64,000 nucleotides of DNA, from contig OX337230.1 in assembly GCA_946965045.2 (NCBI GenBank), positions 1,116,001-1,180,000 on the forward strand, written 5' to 3'. The notes beneath the pieces were generated by a model that saw nothing but the letters and a program-made list of their open reading frames with translations, did no database searches and had not been told where the DNA came from. This document shows, one piece after another, positions 1-9,612 of the stretch. Each line of letters begins with the position of its first letter. The first letter of the stretch is position 1. This DNA is from Epithemia pelagica (lineage: Eukaryota; Protista; Bacillariophyta). The position numbers were made by a program, and so were the translations under genes.

Positions 1-943
1 CTACTCCTACTAGAGACTAGTAGAGGTAGCTCTCTAGAGAAATAAGTGGTAGGAGTAGGAGTATGCTAATGCTAGAGAGGAGAAGGAGTTCTGAATGATA
101 GCAGTCCATAGTCCATACTATTTTCTCCTTATTGGCAGTCAATACTCAATACTCAATGCTCAAGTCTTCTGATTTCTGATACATTCTATTTCAACGCTCC
201 GCCTCCGCCGTGTATTACACGTCTACCTACTACCTACAATAGTGTTAGGAGTGTTGACGTTGACAGGTTGAGCATTGAGCATCAGGGTGTGGAAGTTAGA
301 AAACTGGCTTAATAATTTAACTTTTAGACTTGAAGTCTATTAGAGAAACTAGTACAATTTGACTTCCTTCACCGTAATCTCAGTAACATTTACTGCAATT
401 TAACTTCAACTAATCAATTCATAAGAACCACCTTACTGATTAGACTTTTAACTAATAATCTCAACACCGACACTTGCAATTTGACTTTATGTTGGGGCTA
501 AGTTCTTATTTCTACTAAATTTGACTTAGACGAACTTACTCATTTATAAGTCTTACTAACAAAGTCACAACTTGACTTTGGAAGTCAAATCGGAGAACCT
601 GTGCTTGTAACTTAACTTCATTCTCTCTCAGCCCATACTGACTTGACTTCAAGTTATAACTTCCACGATCAAAGTCCAACTTTACCATGTGTTTTGCGGC
701 ACTCCCCACACCAAGCCAGACTAGTAATCAACCCTTTATTAGTTGTCTTATGATGGAATATGCACTCGAAGGAGTACACTGCGATTGCTGCCTTCTTCTC
801 TCACTGAGGTGCGCTTAACAACAGTGTCTCTCATCGCAAACAAACACAACAGGCAACAAACAACAGGCAACGTCTCATACTTTCATATCTCCCAACTCCT
901 AAGTCCTAAGTTCTATATACTTTACCCATCAATCCAAATCTGA

Positions 944-2728
944 ATGTCTGGCATTGATGATTACTCAATCACTCTCCACTCATCATGCCACCAAATCTTC
1001 ACCATCACCCATGTCCCTGTCTCTTTCATGACAATGATGGTCGAATTCTCATCTTCTTGTCAACACACCGCCAATGAGGAACCCAACAACACCTTACGGT
1101 CCATAAAAGACCATATTCTACTTTGGTTGAATCGGAACAATGGGAATCTAATTTACCAACAAGTTGACGTTGTCACAAAATCAAGTCATCCCTGTTCGTC
1201 ACCCATGCACATGACATTCGAGCAAATCCTATGGACTCTTTCCAAAATGGTGTATCACGGTTTATTCTCAAAACAAGACGACAAGACCGACTATACCTTC
1301 AACATAAAACCTCCTTCGGACAATCTACCATTCATATCTCTCACCGGACAATGCCGTCCCCAAATCACCCTCAATTCTACTTGCAGAGGATTCTCTTCCT
1401 TCCAACAGTTTCTTCAAAGCCATCTTTCCCCCGTGCCCACTGAACTTACCAAAGACAATGTCCGTTGGAATCTTTTAACATGGATGAATCGATTCAATTC
1501 CAAAATCTCAGTCAGGAATTGTCATACATACCATTCTGAGCAGCCCATTTCAATCACTCCGAGCCTTGATGTCATAGTGAAAGAAAGTATGGCTTTAATG
1601 GTATCCCCAATGGATGCTGACTCCAATGTATATGCACAATGCGACGAAGGACCAACATTTCCAAGCGAAGAATCACCAGTGGTACTACCAACAACTCCAA
1701 TTATTGCTGGTCCTCCCCAGACTCCACCCTCGATGTCGTACTGGAGAGCCAGACAAAATTCACCGACAGCATATATACTGACCCGACAAAGAAAGACAGT
1801 TCTTTGCCACGCTCTTTTAGAAGCATCAGTTTCCAAAGGACCTATCGATTATGATGACGGTACACGGCACATGCCCGGCCAACCTGCCTTGACCAAACCT
1901 CCCATTCAAATCAAGCAAAGGCATTCTACTTGGCTTAATCAATCAACAATCAACAACAGATTGGTGTTGTTAGACAATTTATTGAAGCTACGTGAGACTT
2001 TCAAAAGGTCTGGCTTAGATACTCCAAGAGACACATGGGAAGACTGGATCAATGACAACCTTGACGATGATGACGACGACGATGCTGACCGGGCATTCAT
2101 GTGTCTCATTATCATCCTCATGAGTTCCAACACTTCGGACAAAAGTTTATCCCAAGTGGTTCCACGCCTTTTCCAGGCTGGAATAACAAGTGCAACTGGT
2201 ACAATCGAAGTGGCCAACTATTTCGGGATGGATGTATTCTGCAGCTTGCTTTCTGAATGTGGAAAGTTCAGACAAAATGCGGAAAGAATCGTCAATTGTG
2301 CCGATTATTTTATACAACGCCATAATGGCACAATCCCTAGCAACATTTCCCTTCAGGAACTCCTAACACTTCCCGGCATTGGGTACAAAACAGCTATCAT
2401 TATCCTGCACACCGCCTTCAACAGAAACGAAGGCATTCCATCCGACGTACACGTCATCCGGGCAACAAAGACCCTCAATTGGACTCCGACCAATGTCATG
2501 GATGGTTTGGAATGCTCAGTTGGATTGCAGTCATGGTTGCCCAATGATCGATGGCAGGAGATCAATCCTCTATTTGGTGCCTTGGGACAGCTGCTGAACA
2601 AAACAGAGACGAGGAAAGAATGTCATAGGATTATGGAGCAGTTTATCAAATCACATACGGAGATTGAGAAAAAACATCGTACCCCACTTCGTTTCTTCTT
2701 TCAGCAACTAATTGCAGCTTATGAATAA
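944..2728 (+). CDS. HhH-GPD superfamily DNA glycosylase/AP lyase (endonuclease III/Nth-like), 594 aa, transposon-borne, with a ~330-aa N-terminal extension
   Basis: C-terminal half has FMCLIIILMSSNTSD, the HhH motif LLTLPGIGYKTAIIIL (catalytic Lys) and IPSDVHVIR (catalytic Asp), then LPNDRWQEINPLFGALGQ. No C-terminal 4Fe-4S Cys cluster. Uninterrupted ORF lying wholly inside the TIRs. Confidence 0.9.
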   Translation: MSGIDDYSITLHSSCHQIFTITHVPVSFMTMMVEFSSSCQHTANEEPNNTLRSIKDHILLWLNRNNGNLIYQQVDVVTKSSHPCSSPMHMTFEQILWTLSKMVYHGLFSKQDDKTDYTFNIKPPSDNLPFISLTGQCRPQITLNSTCRGFSSFQQFLQSHLSPVPTELTKDNVRWNLLTWMNRFNSKISVRNCHTYHSEQPISITPSLDVIVKESMALMVSPMDADSNVYAQCDEGPTFPSEESPVVLPTTPIIAGPPQTPPSMSYWRARQNSPTAYILTRQRKTVLCHALLEASVSKGPIDYDDGTRHMPGQPALTKPPIQIKQRHSTWLNQSTINNRLVLLDNLLKLRETFKRSGLDTPRDTWEDWINDNLDDDDDDDADRAFMCLIIILMSSNTSDKSLSQVVPRLFQAGITSATGTIEVANYFGMDVFCSLLSECGKFRQNAERIVNCADYFIQRHNGTIPSNISLQELLTLPGIGYKTAIIILHTAFNRNEGIPSDVHVIRATKTLNWTPTNVMDGLECSVGLQSWLPNDRWQEINPLFGALGQLLNKTETRKECHRIMEQFIKSHTEIEKKHRTPLRFFFQQLIAAYE

Positions 2729-2766
2729 TTCTTTTACATATACTTGTCAATTGGTACTAATGCTAT

Positions 2767-5700
2767 TCACTTTTTGGTCCTTGGACTCGTCCTTCTGGTA
2801 GGTGTCTCTTGTGGTGCCGCCTTACGCTTGCCTTGCTTGGAAGGAGTTCGCACGACCGTTCTTGCTACTGACTCTGACAACGAATGTTGTCGGGACCGTT
2901 TGCTACTGCTACTCTTTTGTGACTTTGATCCCGACACCGATGCAACAGGAGGATTCTTCATTGTAGTGCTACTTCGATCCACTACTTCGATTTCCTCAGT
3001 TTTTTTCTTTGCCAAACTTTCGTTCACAATTTCTTGCTTTCTCTCTTCAATTGCTTCAATCATGTCCTCATAGGAATCCTCTCCCTCTGCATCCTTGGAC
3101 AATTCGCCATTTCGTGTAGTAACAGTCCTACTCATTGCTTCCATTTGATCCTGATCTTTTGGGTCGACCAAATCCAATAACTCTACTTCATCCCAAGTCC
3201 CTTGAGACACAACGCCCTTCTCTCCAACTTTTCTAAACTTGTAGTCACTCTCGGCAACAATCCCAGACTCACCAACAGTGCCTTGCAATTCGTATACCAC
3301 ATGCTTCTCTGCCGCTGCTAAGACGGTTTCCAGTCTCCGCGATTCCGATTGTGATGGTGACACTTGAACTTGACTGATCACCTGGCTCCCTGCCGTGCCT
3401 GACTGTGACTGTCCTTGTGTTATTGTCGTCGTTGTCGTTTCAGCTTGTCTCTCAGAACTATCGTCAATGACCACTGGGGACGAGGAAGAGTTACCAACTG
3501 ATTTTGCTGTTGCTGTCTTGTCCAACTTCTGCTCACTGTCCCCTTTTGGGAACGACGCGAGACTTTTCTCGTTCTCAAGTATCTCCGAACGCACTTTCCG
3601 TGTGATACTTTCCATCGTACGCATCTCAAAGTTCTTATCTAGTTGCCGACGCATTAATGGATTGCGGTCCATAAACGTGGAACGAGAAAAGACTCTTTCT
3701 TGAAATGCGTTGGTGGCAGGTTTTGAGATCCATACCAGTGCACTTGGGAACAACTTGGGAAAGAGGCTTCTGTTAGTCGACCACCATTTCAGGACATCGA
3801 AGTATTTGCCAACTGCATGAAAGTGGTTCTCTCTACATGCACATTGGAATTGAGCCTTGTCTTGATCGCTCCAAGATTTGGAGAATTTTTGGAATGCCTC
3901 TGTAGGATATTCGTTAATCAAATCTTCCCAGGAATTATGCACAACAGTATCACAGAACTCCAGGTATCGTCCAAACTGTTCATCGCATTTTTTGAAATGC
4001 ATTGCTCGTTGCTGTGTTGCCTGTTGACCTGCCACTACCGTCCCATCCGTCCCTCCTGTTCCTGCTAGGAGCGCAGCGTCTTCTTGTTCCCTTGTTTGCC
4101 GATGCGTCTTGAATATGTTAAAACAATCCATAACATCTGTTACTGCGTCAGGGACCTCGGGTTCTGTATCTGCCTCTATTGGAAGATCGTCGGTGACCAC
4201 CGTGTCGTCTTGTTGTTGGGTGGCATCTGTTTGGTTTGACGTTGCTGTTGTTGGTGGGGGCTTCGGTTCTGCGAATTTGTTGGCTACGTCTGTTACAAAT
4301 TGTTTCCTCACGCGCTTAATAGACTCCTCGTCATATACTTTGATCGACTTTAGGATATTTGGACCGTAGGATGCCAAGAAAGGATGCCCACACATGGCAT
4401 GTTCTGCATGCTTGTCGTTCCCTTCTTCCATGTAGTTTTCATATTCTGCTAGGACACGATCAATCAATAATCGGCTTGTGTCTGTCAGCTCCTGGTATTT
4501 CAAAATACCCCTGTACGGTTTGCTTTTTTTGAGTTTCTCAATGGTTAATTTGGCATCCCATGGACGAACAGAATTGCCAGTCAACTTCAAAACAGGGACG
4601 CCCATAGTTTTCATAGTGTCCAAGAAGTGTTTGCTGCTGAAAATTTCGAGGAGGGATCCAGCAGAGGCTGATGGATCGTCCACTTGCAACGTCATTGATA
4701 CAGCTTTGAGAGGTGAAAGAATACCCTCAATTTCAGACAGAGCTTGCCATTCTTCTTCTGTAGGGTATCGATCAATAAACTGTTGATCCTTGTTGTCAAA
4801 TGTATCGTTTACATATGCATCCATGACGAATTTGTTTCGTATGAGGCCATGGAACATTATCATGCAGCCTCCAACCCGGGTCATGTTCGGCATTGGGATG
4901 GCAATCAGCACCCTCCCATTTTTTTGGGCCCATGCACGAAGATTATCCCAGCGTTTTGCCCTCGAACTCATTAGCCACGCAGCAAACTTGAAGAACTTCT
5001 GGTATATCGTCATAAACTTGGGGTTGCTGTCTACTACCTCGCCTTTTTTCTTCCTCACGGCCAAACCGGTTGCGTGCTTCAAAATTAACTCCGCACGGTG
5101 CATGTCGCACTTTCCGCCGGTGTTATTTCCCAGGATGTACTTTCCAGCAAGTACGGCCGAATTGGTGTTGTCGTTGACGGACGACGACAGATCCGCTTGA
5201 GTGAATCCAACTGCATTGAGAATGTTTTTTGTGTGCTCAGCCACTTGAGCAGCAGAATGCCCCTTGGTCGAACATAAACCAACAGGAAGACGGTATATCT
5301 CACAGTTCCTGGGGTCAGTGAAGATTAGACTTACTCCCAATACGTCCTTGTCGTTCCCTTGCCACATATCATGTGTCACGGTGCAAAAAGCAATTGCTTT
5401 GTTGCACAGATTGTGGTAGGCCTGTCGGACCTTATCTCCAAGATCAGTGACGATCTTGATGAATTCATTGTAGGACTGTAGTCGCATCTTGGTGATAGCT
5501 TTATTGCTAAGGACACAGTCCTTTTCTTTTAATTTCGGTGCATTGGCGATTGCACACTTCAGAAGATTCCTGAAAGATTCTCGCTCTACCGTAGAAGCAG
5601 GAAACCCACAATCATTTACGAACTGGTAGATTGATTGTTGAAACAATACCTTTGCATCTGTCTTGCTCACCATAGAACCGGTGAACGATGACATCGTTTG

Positions 5701-6450
5701 CTGGGTAGGGTCGGTGGCAACGGAAGCTGAGTCTTCGAGTGCTTCCTTGTGATATCTTGACATGTGTTGTCCGATGTTCGAGGAGGAATTTCGGCCAAGA
5801 CCAAGAAGACACTTTTCGAGCTCTTTCTGTGGGTTCTGGAAGCAGTATGGGCAAACAACCAGTTTCTTCACAATGCTTGGGTAATGTTCGTTGTCATCCT
5901 GATCTTTTTTGGAAGCTGAGTCGAGCGTTTGGAAACAACTGAATAGACCAGGCATCCGGTCAAGATCAATTGTTTTATCTGCCTTAACCGTCTTCCTGGT
6001 TTCAGTCATCTTCTTGAAGTTCAAATATCTAACTTTCCCAAAATAGCTGCCCTGGAAATTGCGAAAGAATCTTTTGGGTGGGTGGGTGAAAGAAACAAAA
6101 GACTTCTCCTCCTTTATTTCTTTGATGCGAGCTTGTGTGAGGACCGTTTCCTCTGCATTGTCCCCTGGATTGTCGGCTTGAGATTCAACAGCACCACCTT
6201 GTGCTTCTGTTCCATTAGTGGATCCTGTTGTCCCTGCAGGTAAGTTATTTTGGTTATCATTGGTTGCTGTTGGACTCGGGTCTTGGTGGTTGTTTGCTTG
6301 AGCATCTTGGGAGGATGGGGGATTTTCATTCGATGGAGTGGTTTGTTGGTTGTTCCTTGGGGGGCCCATGGCGTGGGTAAGCGTTGAAAGACTGGAGAGT
6401 GAAGGTGAATTAGGATCAACTTCGATATCCAGCACAGGAAATAAAGACAT
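2767..6450 (-). CDS. hAT transposase, 1227 aa
   Basis: BED-like Zn finger (CPYC...HMSRYH), first Asp (VTHDMWQ), second Asp (VNDNTNSA), CxxH (CDMH), and C-terminal hAT dimerisation region (WW...FPKLF...ATNAFQERVFS) containing the catalytic Glu. No stops. Confidence 0.95.
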   Translation of the reverse strand: MSLFPVLDIEVDPNSPSLSSLSTLTHAMGPPRNNQQTTPSNENPPSSQDAQANNHQDPSPTATNDNQNNLPAGTTGSTNGTEAQGGAVESQADNPGDNAEETVLTQARIKEIKEEKSFVSFTHPPKRFFRNFQGSYFGKVRYLNFKKMTETRKTVKADKTIDLDRMPGLFSCFQTLDSASKKDQDDNEHYPSIVKKLVVCPYCFQNPQKELEKCLLGLGRNSSSNIGQHMSRYHKEALEDSASVATDPTQQTMSSFTGSMVSKTDAKVLFQQSIYQFVNDCGFPASTVERESFRNLLKCAIANAPKLKEKDCVLSNKAITKMRLQSYNEFIKIVTDLGDKVRQAYHNLCNKAIAFCTVTHDMWQGNDKDVLGVSLIFTDPRNCEIYRLPVGLCSTKGHSAAQVAEHTKNILNAVGFTQADLSSSVNDNTNSAVLAGKYILGNNTGGKCDMHRAELILKHATGLAVRKKKGEVVDSNPKFMTIYQKFFKFAAWLMSSRAKRWDNLRAWAQKNGRVLIAIPMPNMTRVGGCMIMFHGLIRNKFVMDAYVNDTFDNKDQQFIDRYPTEEEWQALSEIEGILSPLKAVSMTLQVDDPSASAGSLLEIFSSKHFLDTMKTMGVPVLKLTGNSVRPWDAKLTIEKLKKSKPYRGILKYQELTDTSRLLIDRVLAEYENYMEEGNDKHAEHAMCGHPFLASYGPNILKSIKVYDEESIKRVRKQFVTDVANKFAEPKPPPTTATSNQTDATQQQDDTVVTDDLPIEADTEPEVPDAVTDVMDCFNIFKTHRQTREQEDAALLAGTGGTDGTVVAGQQATQQRAMHFKKCDEQFGRYLEFCDTVVHNSWEDLINEYPTEAFQKFSKSWSDQDKAQFQCACRENHFHAVGKYFDVLKWWSTNRSLFPKLFPSALVWISKPATNAFQERVFSRSTFMDRNPLMRRQLDKNFEMRTMESITRKVRSEILENEKSLASFPKGDSEQKLDKTATAKSVGNSSSSPVVIDDSSERQAETTTTTITQGQSQSGTAGSQVISQVQVSPSQSESRRLETVLAAAEKHVVYELQGTVGESGIVAESDYKFRKVGEKGVVSQGTWDEVELLDLVDPKDQDQMEAMSRTVTTRNGELSKDAEGEDSYEDMIEAIEERKQEIVNESLAKKKTEEIEVVDRSSTTMKNPPVASVSGSKSQKSSSSKRSRQHSLSESVARTVVRTPSKQGKRKAAPQETPTRRTSPRTKK

Positions 6451-7625
6451 GTGCTATCACCAGGAAAGGGTTGTTCAATTGATGGCAAACTGCAGTCTCT
6501 AATTCATGTGCTTCATCCAGAAAGAGGTGCGTCGTTGTTGGTTGGGTTTGTGTGTAGTAAGTAGTAAGAATGGTAAGTGGTATATGTCAGTCGTATTGTA
6601 CGAGAGAAAACTGAGTATAGAATCAAGGAGTTGGGAGTTGGGAGATTGCAAGTTGCAAGTTACTAGTTACTATGTAGAGAGGTTACAACTTGACTTTATG
6701 ATATTAGTCGTTGTGCTGTGACTATCGATTAAACTTATGACTTCAAGTCACTACTAGAACGGAATGAACTTGACTTAACTTCAAGGGGAAAGTTACAACT
6801 TTCAGAATTGTAGTAGTGGGAAATAATGAGAGTTTGTCTCGGGCTAGTAATTGTGTAAGTTGGATCAATCCTAGTCAAGTTGGAAGAAGAAAAGCATCAA
6901 TTAGACTTTGACAAATAAGTTGGTAAGGAAAAAACCTATGATATGACTTAACTTGGGAAATTCGAGGAAAAAAGTTGGAAAAAGTTGAAATTTTGGAAGT
7001 CTTGGCCTTATGACTTCCACACCCTGTTGAGCATATCCCGACGAGAAAGAAGAATCTTATGAGCCCAAAAAGATTCAAATTCTAGAGTCTAGCGAATCGT
7101 TACCAAAACAAGCGACCCAGCGTTACCCGTGCTACTCCACGACAGAAAAAGAGCTTCTCTTCTAGAGGAGTTGGAGTAGGAGTACTTGCAGATTCCAGTA
7201 ACGATGTCACTCATTTTAGCCATCGAAGTCGTAGGAGTTAGGAGTAGCTCTTTGAGCTTTGAGAGATGGTGATCGAAAAGGAAGACCATATAGGGAGAAT
7301 GATTTCGGTACCTACTCCTAGTCTCCCTCGCTCGACGTAGGAGTGGATAGCATCCAGTTGGGGTAGAGACGCTAGCTAGCTAGGAGTAGTTAAGGTAGCA
7401 GTAGATACAAAGCTATCATTGACAAGTGACCAGCGACCACAGGAACCAGGAACCGCATCTGAAAAAGAGATGACAGCAACTTCCGGTAACTACACGTGAG
7501 TCGCATATTCTCTCCGAATACCCAACGGACGAAACCAAAACAAAGGATCGATATTAGTAGAAAGTACGTATTATGATACCATAGAATATGATTTACCATT
7601 CTCTACTAGTATGGAGCAAACGGGA

Positions 7626-7925
7626 ATGTCGAAAGGTATGTCGTTCGATGTCGAAAGGTATGTCGTTTGATGTTGTTTGATGTCGTTTGATGTCGTTTCG
7701 GGCTCGCGCGCAAACATGGTTTGCCTCAAAATCCAGCGGTACTCCTTCAGTTGATGGGCCTACCGTCAATCAGTGACTCGTAACCTTGTGATTTTTCTTG
7801 AAGAATTCCAGCTGCTGGAGAGTACATATTCTATTGGCGATAAAAACATCCGACATCCTCCGACATCATCCGACATCCTCCGACATCATCCGACATCATC
7901 CGACATCTACCAAATCCTCCGACAT
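7626..7925. repeat. Two short arrays of the hexamer ATGTCG/CGACAT in opposite orientation, ~10-bp spacing
   Basis: ATGTCG at 7626, 7638, 7648, 7660, 7680, 7690 (variant at 7670). CGACAT at 7851, 7861, 7871, 7881, 7891, 7901, 7920. Confidence 0.9.
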
Positions 7926-8156
7926 CCGTGACTCTCGATGTTTTCCTCATATTAAAATAATCTGTACCTACTATGACCATATCACAGGTATGGAACATCG
8001 CGAAATTGCCTTTTGCGCCTGATGTTAGCAACGTCGGCCACGGACACTCCTAGCAATGGCTCGTAGCAGGTAGAGCTGTAGCTTGCAACCTGTTAACCTA
8101 CGGATACAAACAATTGGCATACAAATAGACAACTAACATTCCTTAGGCGCTATAAA

Positions 8157-9123
8157 TTAATCTTTGTAGTCAACCTGAAAGAGTTGTTCACCGTTGTTTA
8201 TTGTGAGCTGGCAAATTACAGTAACAGCTCTGAAAACATCTCCGTGCTGATCGAGGTCGTGTCGAAAGGTTTGGGCGAGGCAGCCCCAAAGCTTAAACCT
8301 CTTGTTAATTGTCTCCTGGCGACTACGAACACGTTGTTGCATTCTTTTTGTTTGGGGTGGATTGGCGAAGCCCTTTGGGCATTTGACTTTTTTCGGATGC
8401 TCTCCGAGATACCCATCATCTGCTTCCACGCGTTCGTTTGGTTCTAGGTGCGAGAGTAGGGAGTTGCGGAAGATCATAAGATCATTCCACAACCCACACT
8501 CATACGGACCATTGATCCACACAATGTCTCCAGTGAGGATGCAAAGGCCTACCTCGTACCGGAGACCACTCTTTTTGAACTTGAACAAAAAGAACTTCCG
8601 GCCGTGCTCCGGTATGCGAAAGTCCGTACCATCCACTGACATGAGGCAGTCATTGCCAACATCTCTCTTAAACCTATTTTCAAATATTATCTGTAGCAAT
8701 GGGGTTAGATAAGAAAAGACCGACATCCCTTTCACAACAAGTAGCACCACTTACCACTAGGGGTTCTAGGTTAGCAATTGCCGGAATGAACAACCACGTC
8801 CACTTGCGGAAGGTTTCCGGGTCAACCCCACCTACAAGGGCACACAATGACTTTGCATTTGAGTAGACCTTCAGAAATAGAAGGGTCCACAACAAATGAG
8901 TGATTGTGCCCCCTTCAGGTATGGTGTCGGTCGTTCCCAGCAAGGACCACAAAGACAAAAACACTGCCACCGAACACCCAAAAAAGCTCCGAAACTCCAG
9001 ATCCTCGGTCTGGGTGGAACGCTCTCTAAGGCCATCGCGTCCCCAGATCCCACGCGCAATCCTCAGCACATCATCGGCGTGAGGTGCTTCGGACCGTTGT
9101 CGCTTTCGATCTGGCAAATCCAT
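8157..9123 (-). CDS. Harbinger-type (DDE_Tnp_4-like) transposase, ~300 aa; exons 9123-8755 and 8690-8157
   Basis: A GTAAGT...CTACAG intron at 8754-8691 joins the ORFs in frame. DDE motifs SVDGTD, EADDGY and RSRQETINKRFK; N-terminal helical HLLWTLLFLKVY region. Confidence 0.9.
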
Positions 9124-9612
9124 TCTTCTGTGACACGAGAGAGGAGAGGACTCTCACATAAAGATTTGAGTGTGTGGCTCTCGCAGTGCGGGAGATGGAT
9201 CGTGTGAGGTGCACCAACGGAGACTCAACAAATTATGCCCTTTAGATACTATTTCCCGATTTTTGATGTAGTAGTAGTGTAGTTATAAAGTTACAAGAAC
9301 AGCCCACAAGAACATGAGATGCATTGGAAATTTCTGAATGGCTTCCATTGGCCGATATCTAATATAGGGAACATGAGAAACTCGTAAATGATTCGATTGA
9401 AAATCACAGAGTACAACGAGTACACGCAGTCTCTGAGTAGCTACAGAGTCTAAAAATTTGTCCAAGACCCAAGACATCGAGTTGGTGTGATGTGACTCGG
9501 GGATCAGCACATAAAGAAGACAGAATCATTGCTTGCTTTCCATAAGAAGGCTTAAGCTAAAAAAATCCAAACCCGAATATCAGATGGTGATGGATCAGTC
9601 CTACTTACGACG

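Larger units (their letters stand above)
283..7026. mobile_element. Autonomous hAT-superfamily DNA transposon (6744 bp) carrying a transposase and a cargo DNA glycosylase
   Basis: TIR CAGGGTGTGGAAGT at 283-296 and its reverse complement ACTTCCACACCCTG at 7013-7026 (14/14). Identical 8-bp TSD TTGAGCAT at 275-282 and 7027-7034. Both subterminal regions are rich in GACTT/AAGTC motifs. Encodes a hAT transposase. Confidence 0.96.

Noticed and set aside
743-943. 66-aa ORF upstream of the glycosylase
   Set aside because: Non-ATG start, no motif, and located in the subterminal or promoter region.
944-2728. Calling the cargo glycosylase a DEMETER/ROS1 ortholog
   Set aside because: It lacks the Fe-S cluster and the C-terminal CXXC/RRM-fold region. 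The core looks Nth-like, so 5mC activity is only a hypothesis.
2744-6488. Many short ORFs antisense to or overlapping the transposase
   Set aside because: Shadow frames of a long coding sequence with no independent features.
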